Counted from the first letter of the stretch, positions 18,926-28,943 are shown. The stretch: 64,000 nt of DNA from Methanobacteriota archaeon (GCA_963769885.1 CAVYNH010000007.1:480001-544000); one strand, 5' to 3'. The notes: a model not told the origin generated them from the sequence alone. Translations and numbers: made by a program.

Positions 18926-21157
18926 ATGAACCGCACCGGAGCCTGTCTGACCCTCTGCCTCCTCCTCGCCAGCACCCTCGCTATCCCCCTCCACCCCCAG
19001 ACCCAAGCCACCACACCACCCGATGCCTGCCTCCGCTTCGCCGCCTTCACCGACACCCACATCGGCATCGGCTACGAGCACCCCGGCTACCATCTCGCCC
19101 ACCGCCTCACCCAGCTCGCCACCGACCTCACCACCGCCACACCCCCCTGCGACTTCTCCTTGCATCTCGGCGACCTCATCAACCACAACACCGCCCAGAT
19201 CCACGGCACCGGCCTGCCCAGCCTCGTCAATCAATACGCCAACAACCTCAAAGCCAGCCTCATCCAACCCCTCAACCTCCCCTTCTTCTATGTCCTCGGA
19301 AACCACGACCTCGACGACTACCAACGCAACCCCACCAACCCCCACAACCTTACTCAAACCCTCCTTGACGAAACCAGCCTCATCCAGCCCACCTATGCCA
19401 TAATGCGCGACAACATCCTCTTCCTCATCATCCCAGAGCTCACTAGCATCACCTGGACCCACCCCACCCTCTACGAATGGCTCGACACCATGACCAGCCA
19501 CTACCACAACACCACCACCATCCTCTGCTGCCACCAAGCCATCGAAGACACCACCCGCGAAGACAGCCACACCCCCTACCGCGGCAAACAAGACACCACC
19601 TACTGGACCAGCCTCTTCCAACGCAACCCCCAGATCATCATGTGGATCCACGGCCACAACCACGAGCCCGACTGGCTTATCGCTAACCACAGCACCGGAC
19701 TCACCGCCCCAGTCCAGCAGTTCGGCCACCCCATCGCCTTCACCTCCCCCTACCCCCAGATGAACTGGAAACCCTTCCGCGATGAAGACCGCATCGTCAT
19801 CTACACCATCAACGCCACCACCATCACCACCAGAGCCTGGCGAGAGACCGACACTGGCGGCCGATGGGCGACCGGCTACGACCACTCCTGGACCATAAAC
19901 ACGAGCTTCGACCCAGACACTCCTGACTGGTACGCCACCCCCGTCTTCCTCCAGGACAATGAGACCCAATGCACGGACCTGAAGTTGATCTCACCGAAGA
20001 TCACCCTGCAGCTCACCGGCACCAGCCCGATGGACCTCTTCGTCGACCCCCACATAGAGTCCCCTAACGGCTCACGCTATGAATGCATCCTCGGATTCGG
20101 CAACGACAGTTCCGGCAACGTCGAATGGACCGACCCTGGCATGCGAGTCCACGGGCCTACAATGTTGACCTTCCCGGTGAAATATCCCGACAACGCCTCG
20201 GTCCAAGAAGATGGACGCAGTGGACCCTTATACCATTCCTTTCCGATGGGCACGATCGGAGCCGCCGTTCCAGGCCAGACCTGCGACTTCACCATCACCG
20301 CCCGATGCCCATCCGGCAGCGGGAATCTCCGCTTGAACGTCAGCTGCAGCGACTGGGGGACGCGAACTCAGTACAGCACCCTCTCGGGCAGCTGCAGAGA
20401 AGTACTCACCCATCGGTTCGGCCCCACGAACGAGACAATCACCGGCCAGTACATGGTCCCAGCAGACCAGAACGCCTGGTTCCTGCAGGGAGAATTACAG
20501 TTCTTGAATACGACCGACTACGAGGTCTCACTGTTCAGCATCCAACGGACACATGACAGTAACATGACCGAGGATTTCCACCTGAGTCTGGGAGGACGCT
20601 GGTATAATTCCTCGGGTCCTCTCGCTTGCGGAGAGCAGGTGAATTTCTCCATCGACCCAGAGGAGCTTGCCGATGCGCAAGGAGTCATGACCTTTACAAG
20701 CCGTATCAATGGAAACCGGAACGGCATGGCGGTTCTCGTCTTTGAGGAGCCGATTTTGATGGGGTTGAACGCACGGTTCCGGGTCACCACAACCGACGGG
20801 GGATATGAGCTGACGTTGACGAAGACGTTGACTCGGACGTCACCGCTTCTGATGCGCATCTGGGAATCCCCGGTGTTCCAGAAGATGCCTCGGGCTACCG
20901 AACTGCTGGTCCGGGTGATGCTGGCCGCCGGCATGGATACCCTGCTCAAAACCTTGTTCATACGAAATGATTCTGATCTCTGTTCCACCTTCGAACTGCT
21001 TCCTTTCAGCACCGATCCGTTGTACTCCGGCGTGAACGTGACCGCGATGGACGGCTCGGGGATACGACATCAGAGCCTCAATGGGAACCTCTGGTGGTCC
21101 TGTAATGGGCCGGATCTCGGGGAAACCATCGTCAGGGTCCGTTTCCCAAGACAGTAG
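18926..21157 (+). CDS. Secreted calcineurin-like metallophosphoesterase with long C-terminal extension
   Basis: DTHIG, LGDL, GNHD, HQ and HGHNH motifs; signal peptide. Confidence 0.8.
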   Translation: MNRTGACLTLCLLLASTLAIPLHPQTQATTPPDACLRFAAFTDTHIGIGYEHPGYHLAHRLTQLATDLTTATPPCDFSLHLGDLINHNTAQIHGTGLPSLVNQYANNLKASLIQPLNLPFFYVLGNHDLDDYQRNPTNPHNLTQTLLDETSLIQPTYAIMRDNILFLIIPELTSITWTHPTLYEWLDTMTSHYHNTTTILCCHQAIEDTTREDSHTPYRGKQDTTYWTSLFQRNPQIIMWIHGHNHEPDWLIANHSTGLTAPVQQFGHPIAFTSPYPQMNWKPFRDEDRIVIYTINATTITTRAWRETDTGGRWATGYDHSWTINTSFDPDTPDWYATPVFLQDNETQCTDLKLISPKITLQLTGTSPMDLFVDPHIESPNGSRYECILGFGNDSSGNVEWTDPGMRVHGPTMLTFPVKYPDNASVQEDGRSGPLYHSFPMGTIGAAVPGQTCDFTITARCPSGSGNLRLNVSCSDWGTRTQYSTLSGSCREVLTHRFGPTNETITGQYMVPADQNAWFLQGELQFLNTTDYEVSLFSIQRTHDSNMTEDFHLSLGGRWYNSSGPLACGEQVNFSIDPEELADAQGVMTFTSRINGNRNGMAVLVFEEPILMGLNARFRVTTTDGGYELTLTKTLTRTSPLLMRIWESPVFQKMPRATELLVRVMLAAGMDTLLKTLFIRNDSDLCSTFELLPFSTDPLYSGVNVTAMDGSGIRHQSLNGNLWWSCNGPDLGETIVRVRFPRQ

Positions 21158-21200
21158 AAAAAAGAAGGAAAGCAGCCTCCGGCATGGAGCAGGAGGCCGC
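21158..21200 (-). terminator. Hairpin plus U-tract on the minus strand
   Basis: Minus strand reads GCGGCCTCC-11 nt-GGAGGCTGC-TTTCCTTCTTTTTT. Confidence 0.5.
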
Positions 21201-21401
21201 CCATTTGTCGGCGAGGAGTCTGCTTCCTTCAGTCTGGTTTTGGAGGTCGATGGTGGGTGCTTGGTCTAAAGTCATGTCGTAGATGGTTTTAGGGCCAGTG
21301 TAGGGCGTGAATTCAATACTGACGTTTCATCGATGCAGGATAAAATATTAATGACCTGCTTGGTTATCCTGTGCCGAAGAAATTGTGTACAGGTGGTTGG
21401 A

Positions 21402-21887
21402 TTGGATGATTTGACGACAATCTCGACGATTGTTGCAACAGTAAGTATTGTGATCGGCGTCCTCTTTACCTTGCTTGAACTTCGACACTTCCGGAAGACG
21501 AGAAGAACGGAAATCATCATGAAGATCTATGATCGGTTTAGCAGTCGGGAGATGGTGGAGGCTATCAACAAAGTCGGCAGCTCGAAATTCGAGAATCTTG
21601 AGGAGTACGGGAAGACACAAGGGTTTACTGATGTGGCGGAGATCGCTGTCCTTTTTGAAGGTCTTGGGGTTCTTCTCGAGCAGAACCTCATCGACATCGA
21701 TCTTGTCGATAGTCTCTTCGGACCGACCCTTGATATCCTATGGCTGAGGATGAAACCAATCATTTACGGCATGAGAAAAGGACTCAACGAACCATTCTTC
21801 TTTTCCCATTATGAAAAACTCGTGGAACAGTTACGTGCGCATAGACAAAGAGTTGGAAGACATGATACTACGAAAGATGGATCTTGA
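21402..21887 (+). CDS. Single-TM hypothetical protein (DUF4760-like)
   Basis: TTG start after AGGTGG; N-terminal TM helix; FEGLGVL...LID..L and F..YEKL pattern; AT-richer than flanks. Confidence 0.6.
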   Translation: MDDLTTISTIVATVSIVIGVLFTLLELRHFRKTRRTEIIMKIYDRFSSREMVEAINKVGSSKFENLEEYGKTQGFTDVAEIAVLFEGLGVLLEQNLIDIDLVDSLFGPTLDILWLRMKPIIYGMRKGLNEPFFFSHYEKLVEQLRAHRQRVGRHDTTKDGS

Positions 21888-21960
21888 CGCCTTTCTAGTC
21901 AGAATGTCACTCTGTCTTCGTAAATAGTTCCATTGGATATTCTGCTGCGGAGAGGCATGA

Positions 21961-22425
21961 ATGCGTAACAAGCGATTTATCGTAGTACATCGGGGAGGAT
22001 CTCTGAAAAAGGAACATCATTATCAGCTGATGCAATGGGCATGCGACTGCGCAGAGCATGTCCTGCCGCTCGTTGGTGAAACAATCAATGAGCGGCTCAC
22101 AGCTGCCCTCAAGGTGGCGAAAGCGTGGAAACAAGGAAACGCGTCCGTTGGTGACACACGAAAAGCAGCAGTAGCCGCGCATGCGGTCGCGCGCGAAGCT
22201 TCAAACCCGACGGCCGTTGCGGTGGCCCGTGCAGTCGGGCACGCGGCGGCGACCGCGCATATGGCTGACCACTCATTAGGATCCGCGTGGTATGCCTTAA
22301 AAGCCGTGAAATCCGCAGGGAAATCAGTAGAGGTTGAGAGGAAATGGCAGGATGAACAATTGTCATCAGGAATCAAGGACCTTGCGATTTCTGCAAGGAG
22401 CAATAAGAAATTCAGTAAGATATGA
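21961..22425 (+). CDS. Imm5-like putative immunity protein
   Basis: WACDCAEHVL, AW..G, AAHAVARE, ARAVGHAAATAHMADH...YALKA and ERKWQ motifs. Confidence 0.75.
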   Translation: MRNKRFIVVHRGGSLKKEHHYQLMQWACDCAEHVLPLVGETINERLTAALKVAKAWKQGNASVGDTRKAAVAAHAVAREASNPTAVAVARAVGHAAATAHMADHSLGSAWYALKAVKSAGKSVEVERKWQDEQLSSGIKDLAISARSNKKFSKI

Positions 22426-22470
22426 ATCTCATGAGATGAAAGGAAACGGTTAACGGGGTTGACTGGGAAA

Positions 22471-22499
22471 GGTCCTGGGTGTCGGCCGTAAGCCTCTTT
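22471..22499 (-). repeat. Duplicate of the RNase P RNA 3' end (att-like), direct repeat of 23294..23322
   Basis: GGTCCTGGGTGTCGGCCGTAAGCCTCTTT vs GGTGCTGGGTGTCGGCCGTAAGCCTCTTT, 28/29 identical. Confidence 0.9.
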
Positions 22500-22623
22500 A
22501 TCACTTATAAATAATAACAAATTCTAGAAAATTTGAAGATGTAATGTCCTAGAAAATTCTTATTATTTTTTGATAAATTTAATAAAGAAATAGTTATTAC
22601 GATCTTACTGTTAGGGCGGTGTA

Positions 22624-23256
22624 ATGACTGCACAGAATCCTGATTTTAAACAACCACCTTGGGTGCAAAGCCCCTCTGAAGTCATGAGTTGGATTGACGC
22701 AACACATCCTTCGAAGAAAACAAAGGGTAAAAAACACGTAGCATCCGGTGAAGAGATTCTTCGAAATCTCCATGTTTGTTTCGATTTAGACATCGAACAA
22801 AAAAAGATACCACCGCGGAATAGTATTTCAAAATTTATAACGATGATTACTAGGAATGGATTTGTTGAAGAAGGGTTTGAACTCATTCCAACAGCTGAAC
22901 TTGTTTTACGAGGCCTTGCGAAGGCGAAGTATAAAAATATTGTAAAAATAGTTTGTAATGAAAAAACCATATATCGTCATTCAGGCAACAATCCCGATCT
23001 GAGAAAAACTATCGATGATTTCAGCGAGTTTACCAATGACGTCCAAACAGGAAAATCAGTCGAGGTGACCACTATTTCAAAAGAAGGTATGAAAAGTCTC
23101 GCTATCGTAAAAATTATGAAGATTCACAAGGAAAAGGATCATGCAGTCGATATTCAGATAAAGGGAGGGATTAAGAAGGAATTGTATCACACGTTTCTTA
23201 ATTATCTTACTGAAAAGCTTGGTTTAAAAGATGACCAAGAGAAATTTCTTAGATAG
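22624..23256 (+). CDS. AT-rich, Lys-rich hypothetical protein (cassette cargo)
   Basis: 210-aa ORF with very AT-rich leader, lying between the two rnpB 3'-end repeats. Confidence 0.7.
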   Translation: MTAQNPDFKQPPWVQSPSEVMSWIDATHPSKKTKGKKHVASGEEILRNLHVCFDLDIEQKKIPPRNSISKFITMITRNGFVEEGFELIPTAELVLRGLAKAKYKNIVKIVCNEKTIYRHSGNNPDLRKTIDDFSEFTNDVQTGKSVEVTTISKEGMKSLAIVKIMKIHKEKDHAVDIQIKGGIKKELYHTFLNYLTEKLGLKDDQEKFLR

Positions 23257-23292
23257 GGCCATTTAAAATAAATAACGAATAAAGATGTTCGT

Positions 23293-23613
23293 TGGTGCTG
23301 GGTGTCGGCCGTAAGCCTCTTTTTGTTCTGACGGCATTCGTCTGATGCGCCCTACCCGCGAGCAATCTGGACAATTGATCCCGCTGTTTGGGCTTGCTCC
23401 AAGGGCGGATAAGCCGTTTCACCAACTCCCACGACGACCTCATCACCACACGTGAATCATCGCATAGATCGCAGGCTGTGCCGTTTCTGTGCCTCCGCAG
23501 AGGCTCTCGCCTCTACCGCTTGCACGGTGCCCCGGTCCAGACCGAGAGAGGACTTTCCTCAGCAAAAACCCCAAGGGTCTTCACCGTCAACCGTCCACCG
23601 ACGCCCAGCACCA
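23293..23613 (-). ncRNA. rnpB: RNase P RNA
   Basis: Minus strand has GAGGAAAGTCC, ACAGAAACGG, TGAAACGG, GAGCAAG and AACAAAAAGAGGCTTA conserved regions. A 17-bp P1 helix pairs 23597-23613 with 23293-23309. Confidence 0.93.
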
Positions 23614-23734
23614 CTCACCCAACAAACCACCCCCACATAAATACTTATCCACACCAAACCAAAACCACCCCCCTTCAGAGAGAAAAAAAACCAGACACAT
23701 AAATAAACTCATTCACCGTTCCCCCCCTGCTAGC

Positions 23735-24898
23735 ATGATCCTTGACCTAACCATCGTCCAACAACTCGCCATCCTCCTCCTCACCGCCCTCATCGCCTAC
23801 CTCATCTTCACCAAAATCAACCAATCCATCATCATCGGCGAAATCCTCCTCGGCATCCTCATCGGACCCAGCATCCTCGGCGTCGTCACCTACACCCCCT
23901 TCGTCCAAGACATCGCCATGCTCGGCGCCATCCTCCTCCTCTTCGTCATCGGCTTCGAATTCAAAATCAAAGACGTCTACAACCTCCGCTTCGCCGTCAT
24001 CGCCACCTTCGGCGTCATCATCCCCTGGATTGCTGGATACTTCTTCGCCCAATACATTGGTTATAATTTCATCACCTCATTTTTCATCGGTACGACACTC
24101 ACGGCCACCAGTATCGCAATCACCGCCAATGTCCTCAGAGAATTAGGGAAGCTCCACACCGAACCCGCCCGAGCCATCATCGGCGCCGCGGTCATCGATG
24201 ACGTGCTCGGGCTTATCGTCCTCTCCTTTGCGACCCAACTCCAACATGGAGCACTCCAGTCCCTGGATATCCTCAAAATCATCGCCCTAGTCGCCGCGTT
24301 CTTCATCATCGGCATCCTGATCGGCCGTCCAGCCGTCCGCTGGCTCATGGAACATTTCGAACAAACCACTATAGCCAGGAAGCACGTGGAGACGATCCTA
24401 ATCCTTGCCTTCGTCATCGCCTTTCTGTTCTCGGCCGCCGCGGAAAGCATCGGCCTCTCAGCCATCGTCGGCGCATTCCTCGCCGGCATCACCATGGAAG
24501 GCGTCAAGGCACGGGAGAACGCCGACTTCCGCAAAGGCGCAGATCACGTTCAGATGATCTTCGCCCCCGTCTTCTTCATCTCTCTCGGCGTGCTTATCGA
24601 CTTCCACCAACTCACCACGGACATCATCTGGTTCATCCTCGCGCTCACCGCGATCGCGATCCTCACCAAGCTCGTCGGCTGCTACCTCGGCGCGCGCATC
24701 GGCCACATGAGCCATAAGGACTCCTTGATCGTGGGAATCGGGATGGCACCGCGGGGCGAGGTCGCCATGATCGTCGCCGTCATCGGCCTCGAAGCCAGCG
24801 TCATCACCCAAGAAATCTACACTGCCGTCATTATGATGAGCCTCTTGACGACGCTGTTCGTCCCCGCAATCCTTCGATACATGAAGTTCCCTGAATAA
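23735..24898 (+). CDS. Cation:proton antiporter (CPA2/KefB-like)
   Basis: About 12 TM segments; GILIGP, ATSIAIT, AAVIDD and PRGEV motifs. ATG 23735 chosen because the longer ORF overlaps rnpB. Confidence 0.88.
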   Translation: MILDLTIVQQLAILLLTALIAYLIFTKINQSIIIGEILLGILIGPSILGVVTYTPFVQDIAMLGAILLLFVIGFEFKIKDVYNLRFAVIATFGVIIPWIAGYFFAQYIGYNFITSFFIGTTLTATSIAITANVLRELGKLHTEPARAIIGAAVIDDVLGLIVLSFATQLQHGALQSLDILKIIALVAAFFIIGILIGRPAVRWLMEHFEQTTIARKHVETILILAFVIAFLFSAAAESIGLSAIVGAFLAGITMEGVKARENADFRKGADHVQMIFAPVFFISLGVLIDFHQLTTDIIWFILALTAIAILTKLVGCYLGARIGHMSHKDSLIVGIGMAPRGEVAMIVAVIGLEASVITQEIYTAVIMMSLLTTLFVPAILRYMKFPE

Positions 24899-24919
24899 AA
24901 GCCAGGCTCCTACTATCCT

Positions 24920-26468
24920 CTACTCGAAGATTGTCGTGGATTCCTTCTCCTGCTGGACGGTGCCGTTCACCAGGACCTGAGTTTTCATGATTGTCGGGAC
25001 ACCTTCAGGTACATCCACGCGCAGTGAGACAATGGCTTGTCCACCCGCTTCAAGAGCAGGGAGCATAACCTGCCGGGTTCCATACCGTGCCCCGAGGCCT
25101 GAACAAAAAGCGCGGACCTCAACAGGACTGGACGCGGAGCCGAGGTTCTTGACCAGGACCGCAACCTGCACATAATCCAAATCATTTGACTGAAGCCTGG
25201 TCGCATTCAGCCAGTCATGTTCGAGAATAGGCCGTGCCGAAATCGGATATACTGTACAGTTCGTCTCCCCCTCATACTCGCCAGGGACACGGCCGACTGG
25301 GGAAAACCCGGACGTGGACTCTAGGAAATAGTACCCGTCTTTGAATGGCGAATAGCCTTCGACATGAGGAAGGCGAACCCCCACGGCCATATGGTTAGGG
25401 AGGCGGAGCAAAGAGACATTGTAGTCGGCGGCGTCGAGGAGGGAAGCTAAGAGGATCGCCTTGTCTTCGCAGTCCCCGCCGTGCTCATTGAGCGTCTCCA
25501 CTGGGTACCGTGGGTATTCGAAACTGGCGTTCAATGGATTGTCCTCACGGTACTCGAGCCCCTGGACGAACCCAGCGATGAAATTCAACCGTTCAATATA
25601 GTCATCGGATGAGACCAGGGTTGTGATTCGATGCAGAACAAAACAGAGGTATGCATCATCCAGGCTGTTGAAGACGTATAGCGCGTAGTCCTCGGATGCT
25701 TCCCGAGGGAGGGACCGGTCGTACCAGGTACAGGCTTGAGGCGTTCGGCAGCGTGAGGGTATAGTGACTTCGATAGTACCAGGAATAATCTAGGGTTGGG
25801 TACTGCGTCGCTGAGATGTTCTGAACAAGCGAGCAGGCCATCTTGCCATCCGTGTCAAGGACCCGGATGGTCATGTTCGAGGGGGCCATGAGTTGTGTCT
25901 GTACGATGATCAGTGCTGCTGCCTGTGTTGTCTGCCCGGGTAGCACGACGGTGGGCATCACTGGCCCAGCCGAAAGACTGGTTCCAGTGGAGACGTTGAC
26001 GCTGTCTGGGTAAAAGGGCAGGAGCCCGGTGTTGTGTAGAGTGAAGGTGAGGGATAGGATAGACTGGGAGGAGCGGCGAAACCATTCTTGGGTGACGTCG
26101 GAAATGTTAACGGTGGGAGCAATATAGCGGAGAGATGTTGACGAGATTTTGTTCCGTTGGGCATCGATGGCCTTGAGGGTATAGACACCTGGAGAGGGGC
26201 AGTGTCGGTAGGCGGCGAGGGGGATCTGGGACGTTTGGGTTCCTTGGATGAAGGATTGGTTGTGGAGTTCGGTTCCCGCAGGGTCAATGATGCTGACCGT
26301 GGCGTAATCGGAGAGGTTGAATGAGAATTTGAGGACTGGGAATCCGTCGGCGTCGGTGACGGTGGTGGACAGCAGAGTGAATGTGGTGTGCCGTAGCAAC
26401 AAGCAGCCGCCGCCTGCCGTGATGAGCATGATGATCAGGGCGGCAGTGGCGAGGTGTCTTATTTGCAT
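24920..26468 (-). CDS. Secreted/lipoprotein transglutaminase-like (cysteine protease fold) protein, frameshifted near 25725
   Basis: N-terminal signal with GGC; YPRYPVETL, GDCEDKAILL, HMAVG and YFLEST motifs. The frames join if one base is removed (span 1549 = 3n+1). Confidence 0.75.
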
Positions 26469-27676
26469 ACTAGTTTCATTTTCTTTCCGATGACGGAGCC
26501 GAGGCGCTGGATGCCCGTCTTAATCTGTTCGTTGGTGGAGTAGGAGAAGTTGAGGCGCATGGAGCTGCCGCCGCTCCCGTCGACGCAGAATGCTTTGCCA
26601 TGGACGTACGCGACTTTTTCTTTGATAGCGTCGAGGAAGAGCAGCTCGGTGTCGATCTCAGGGGGGAGCGTCGCCCAGGCGAACATACCGCCGTGGGGTC
26701 GCCAGCATTCGTAGCCGTCTGGGAAGAATTCTTTCATGGAGTCGAACATGAGGTCGCGTTTGGGCTTGTACATCTCGCAGATCTTCATGATGTGGAGGTC
26801 CATGGATCCGTTTTCGATGAAGGCGTTGGCGAGGAACTGGGTGAAGGGGGCGGTGCAGAGGTCGAGGGCTTGTTTGCAGATCGCCATTTTGCGGATGATG
26901 GGCTCGTCCGCGATCATCCAGGCGAGGCGGAAGCCGGGGGCGAGGATCTTGGAGAAGGTGGAGATGTAAATGACTCTGCCTTCGTCGTCGAAGGCTTTGA
27001 TGGGTTTTTGTGGGGTGCCGTCGTAGCGGAGTTTGCCGTAGGGGTCGTCTTCGAGGATGATAAGGTCGTATTCGCAGGCGAGGTCGATGAGTTGTTTGCG
27101 GCGGGCTTCGGGCATGACGGTGCCGTCTGGGTTTTGGAAGTTGGGGACGGTGTAGATGACCTTAGGGGTGTGTCCTTCGGCTTTGAGCGCTCTGATTTTG
27201 TCTTCGACGAGGTCAGGTTTCATGCCTTGGTGGTCGATGGGGACGCCGACGAGGTTGGTTTCATAGCTGCGGAAGGCGTTGATGCCGCCGAGGTAGGTGG
27301 GGATGGCGACGATGTTGTAGTCGCCGGGGTTGGTGAACATTTTGGCGACCATGTCCAGTGATTGCTGTGAGCCGCTGGTGATGATGATGTTGTCGAATCC
27401 GGTTTGGATGCCGTCTTTGCTGGCGCGTTCGGCGAGGGTCTGGCGGAGTTCGTTGATGCCGTGGGTGGGGCCGTATTGGAGCGCGTTTTTTCCGTATCTT
27501 TCGAGGGTGCTTGTGGTGATGGATTGGAGTTCTTTGATGGGGAAGGAGAGGGGGTTGGGGAGGCCGCCGGCGAAGGAGATGATTTCGGGGTCCTGGGTGA
27601 GGCGGAGGAGTTCGCGAATCTCGGATTTGCGCATCTTTCCGGCCCGGTCTGAGTACAGGTGTTCAATGTCGACCAT
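26459..27676 (-). CDS. PLP-dependent aminotransferase class I/II (LysN/ARO8-like)
   Basis: ISFAGGLP, GSQQ, PNFQNP.G, EDDPY, STFSK...PGFR and MRLNFS motifs. Confidence 0.9.
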   Translation of the reverse strand: MVDIEHLYSDRAGKMRKSEIRELLRLTQDPEIISFAGGLPNPLSFPIKELQSITTSTLERYGKNALQYGPTHGINELRQTLAERASKDGIQTGFDNIIITSGSQQSLDMVAKMFTNPGDYNIVAIPTYLGGINAFRSYETNLVGVPIDHQGMKPDLVEDKIRALKAEGHTPKVIYTVPNFQNPDGTVMPEARRKQLIDLACEYDLIILEDDPYGKLRYDGTPQKPIKAFDDEGRVIYISTFSKILAPGFRLAWMIADEPIIRKMAICKQALDLCTAPFTQFLANAFIENGSMDLHIMKICEMYKPKRDLMFDSMKEFFPDGYECWRPHGGMFAWATLPPEIDTELLFLDAIKEKVAYVHGKAFCVDGSGGSSMRLNFSYSTNEQIKTGIQRLGSVIGKKMKLVCK

Positions 27677-27762
27677 AAGAGGACCCTGACCCTGCATCAG
27701 GGGACGGTCTTATCTATGTTTCGTCAAAAAGAGAAGGAGAAACTGGCGCGTTTTTGGTGTGG

Positions 27763-27954
27763 TTATTTGTTGAGTTCGTCGTGGAAGAGGGCCTTGCAGT
27801 GTGCTTGGAAGGCGGGCATGGTTTCGACGGTTTCGCGGTCGAGGTTGAACCGTTGCATGAACGCGGCGAGCTGGGCGTCCGAGTTTGCGGTCGCGGAGCC
27901 GTCTAGCATCATGCGGCAAATCTCTTCATCCTCAGCAACATCGGTGTTTTCCAT
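27763..27954 (-). CDS. Small acidic hypothetical protein
   Basis: 63-aa ORF, TATA-like TATTATAAA upstream, codon bias like its neighbours. Confidence 0.5.
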   Translation of the reverse strand: MENTDVAEDEEICRMMLDGSATANSDAQLAAFMQRFNLDRETVETMPAFQAHCKALFHDELNK

Positions 27955-28070
27955 TGGAAACCACTCGAGTCATTCATCCTCGGCTGTGTTTATAATACTT
28001 TCTTTTATCGGTGGTGGGTATGAGTAAAAAAAGAGAAAAAGAAAAGTGAGAGGGATTGAAATTTGATTGC

Positions 28071-28256
28071 TTACCGTTTTTTCAGGTAGGGGAGCCCGGT
28101 GCGTTTGTTGACGCCGACCGTATACCCTGTGGGTAATTCGCAAGGAGTTCCGCTCTTGGGTTGATGTTTGCTGAAGAAGTAGATGGTCTGTTTGCGGCCT
28201 CCTTTCAAATTTACGTTACGGGTATATAAGGTCCATCCTTCGTGTTTGTATGGCAA
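28071..28256 (-). CDS. Small basic conserved hypothetical protein
   Basis: GGAGGTG RBS, TTG start, T-rich terminator; motif LKGGRKQTIYFFSK...LP.GY.V..NKRTGLPYLKK. Confidence 0.75.
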   Translation of the reverse strand: MPYKHEGWTLYTRNVNLKGGRKQTIYFFSKHQPKSGTPCELPTGYTVGVNKRTGLPYLKKR

Positions 28257-28669
28257 TTTGACACCTCCTGCTCAGGATATCGCACTCTGATAAATTAATC
28301 TTTCTCCCTATGAGTTTTTGTGAAAAAACGTGAAAAAATGGGGGGTTCAATGGGAGAGAACGGGAGGGCGATGGCTGCCCCCTGCCCGTCTCTTTGGGTG
28401 GTGTTGTTCTTTGTTACCGCGTGATTCGTCGAAGGATGCCGCTGCGGTGTTTCCTCTCTGAATTCTGTTGTTCATCCGTCAGGATAAGAACGGTATTTGA
28501 ACGTGCTCAAAGATTGGTATCGACAAACATGGAAGACGATGAACACACAATTCTACATCGGTTCCCGAGTGTGTGCTGAGTGGGTTGAGATAAAAAAGGT
28601 TATGAATCGTCATTGATTGTCTACCCCAAGGGACGCCAGGGGTTTTCCGCCTTGGATTGTCTCGCGGTT

Positions 28670-28741
28670 GCGGATGTGATCTAGTGGTTATGATTGAGGC
28701 CCTCCAAGCCTCTTGCCCGGGTTCGAATCCCGGCATCCGCA
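28670..28741 (+). tRNA. tRNA-Gly(TCC), with C at position 33
   Basis: Acceptor GCGGATG/CATCCGC+A; anticodon stem GAGGC/GCCTC with loop CCTCCAA; T arm CCGGG-TTCGAAT-CCCGG. Confidence 0.9.
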
Positions 28742-28749
28742 TCCAGGTT

Positions 28750-28877
28750 GCAGGGGTAGCCAAGCCTGGCCAACGGCGCAGGACTTAAGATCACAAGGGC
28801 TGAAACACAGCGGAAGGTTCGTTGGATGAGACATCCTGTCTCGCAGGAGTCCGAGGGTTCAAATCCCTTCCCCTGCA
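28750..28877 (+). tRNA. tRNA-Leu(TAA) with a 43-nt canonical 37/38 intron (28790..28832)
   Basis: Acceptor GCAGGGG/CCCCTGC+A; anticodon TAA at 28786-28788; BHB motif (CTTA/TGAG helix, AGA and ACA bulges); long variable arm. Confidence 0.93.
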
Positions 28878-28943
28878 CTCTTTCTTCCACAAGATAATTA
28901 TTAATACATGAAACAAGATTTATTGTTAGAGGGAGGAAGTAAA

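Noticed and set aside
21256-21267. Possible further rnpB-end copy (GGTGCTTGGTCT)
   Set aside because: Only 10/12 match with no extension; compatible with chance.
23489-23734. N-terminal extension of the antiporter and ORFs 23249..23702
   Set aside because: They overlap the RNase P RNA gene and its promoter.
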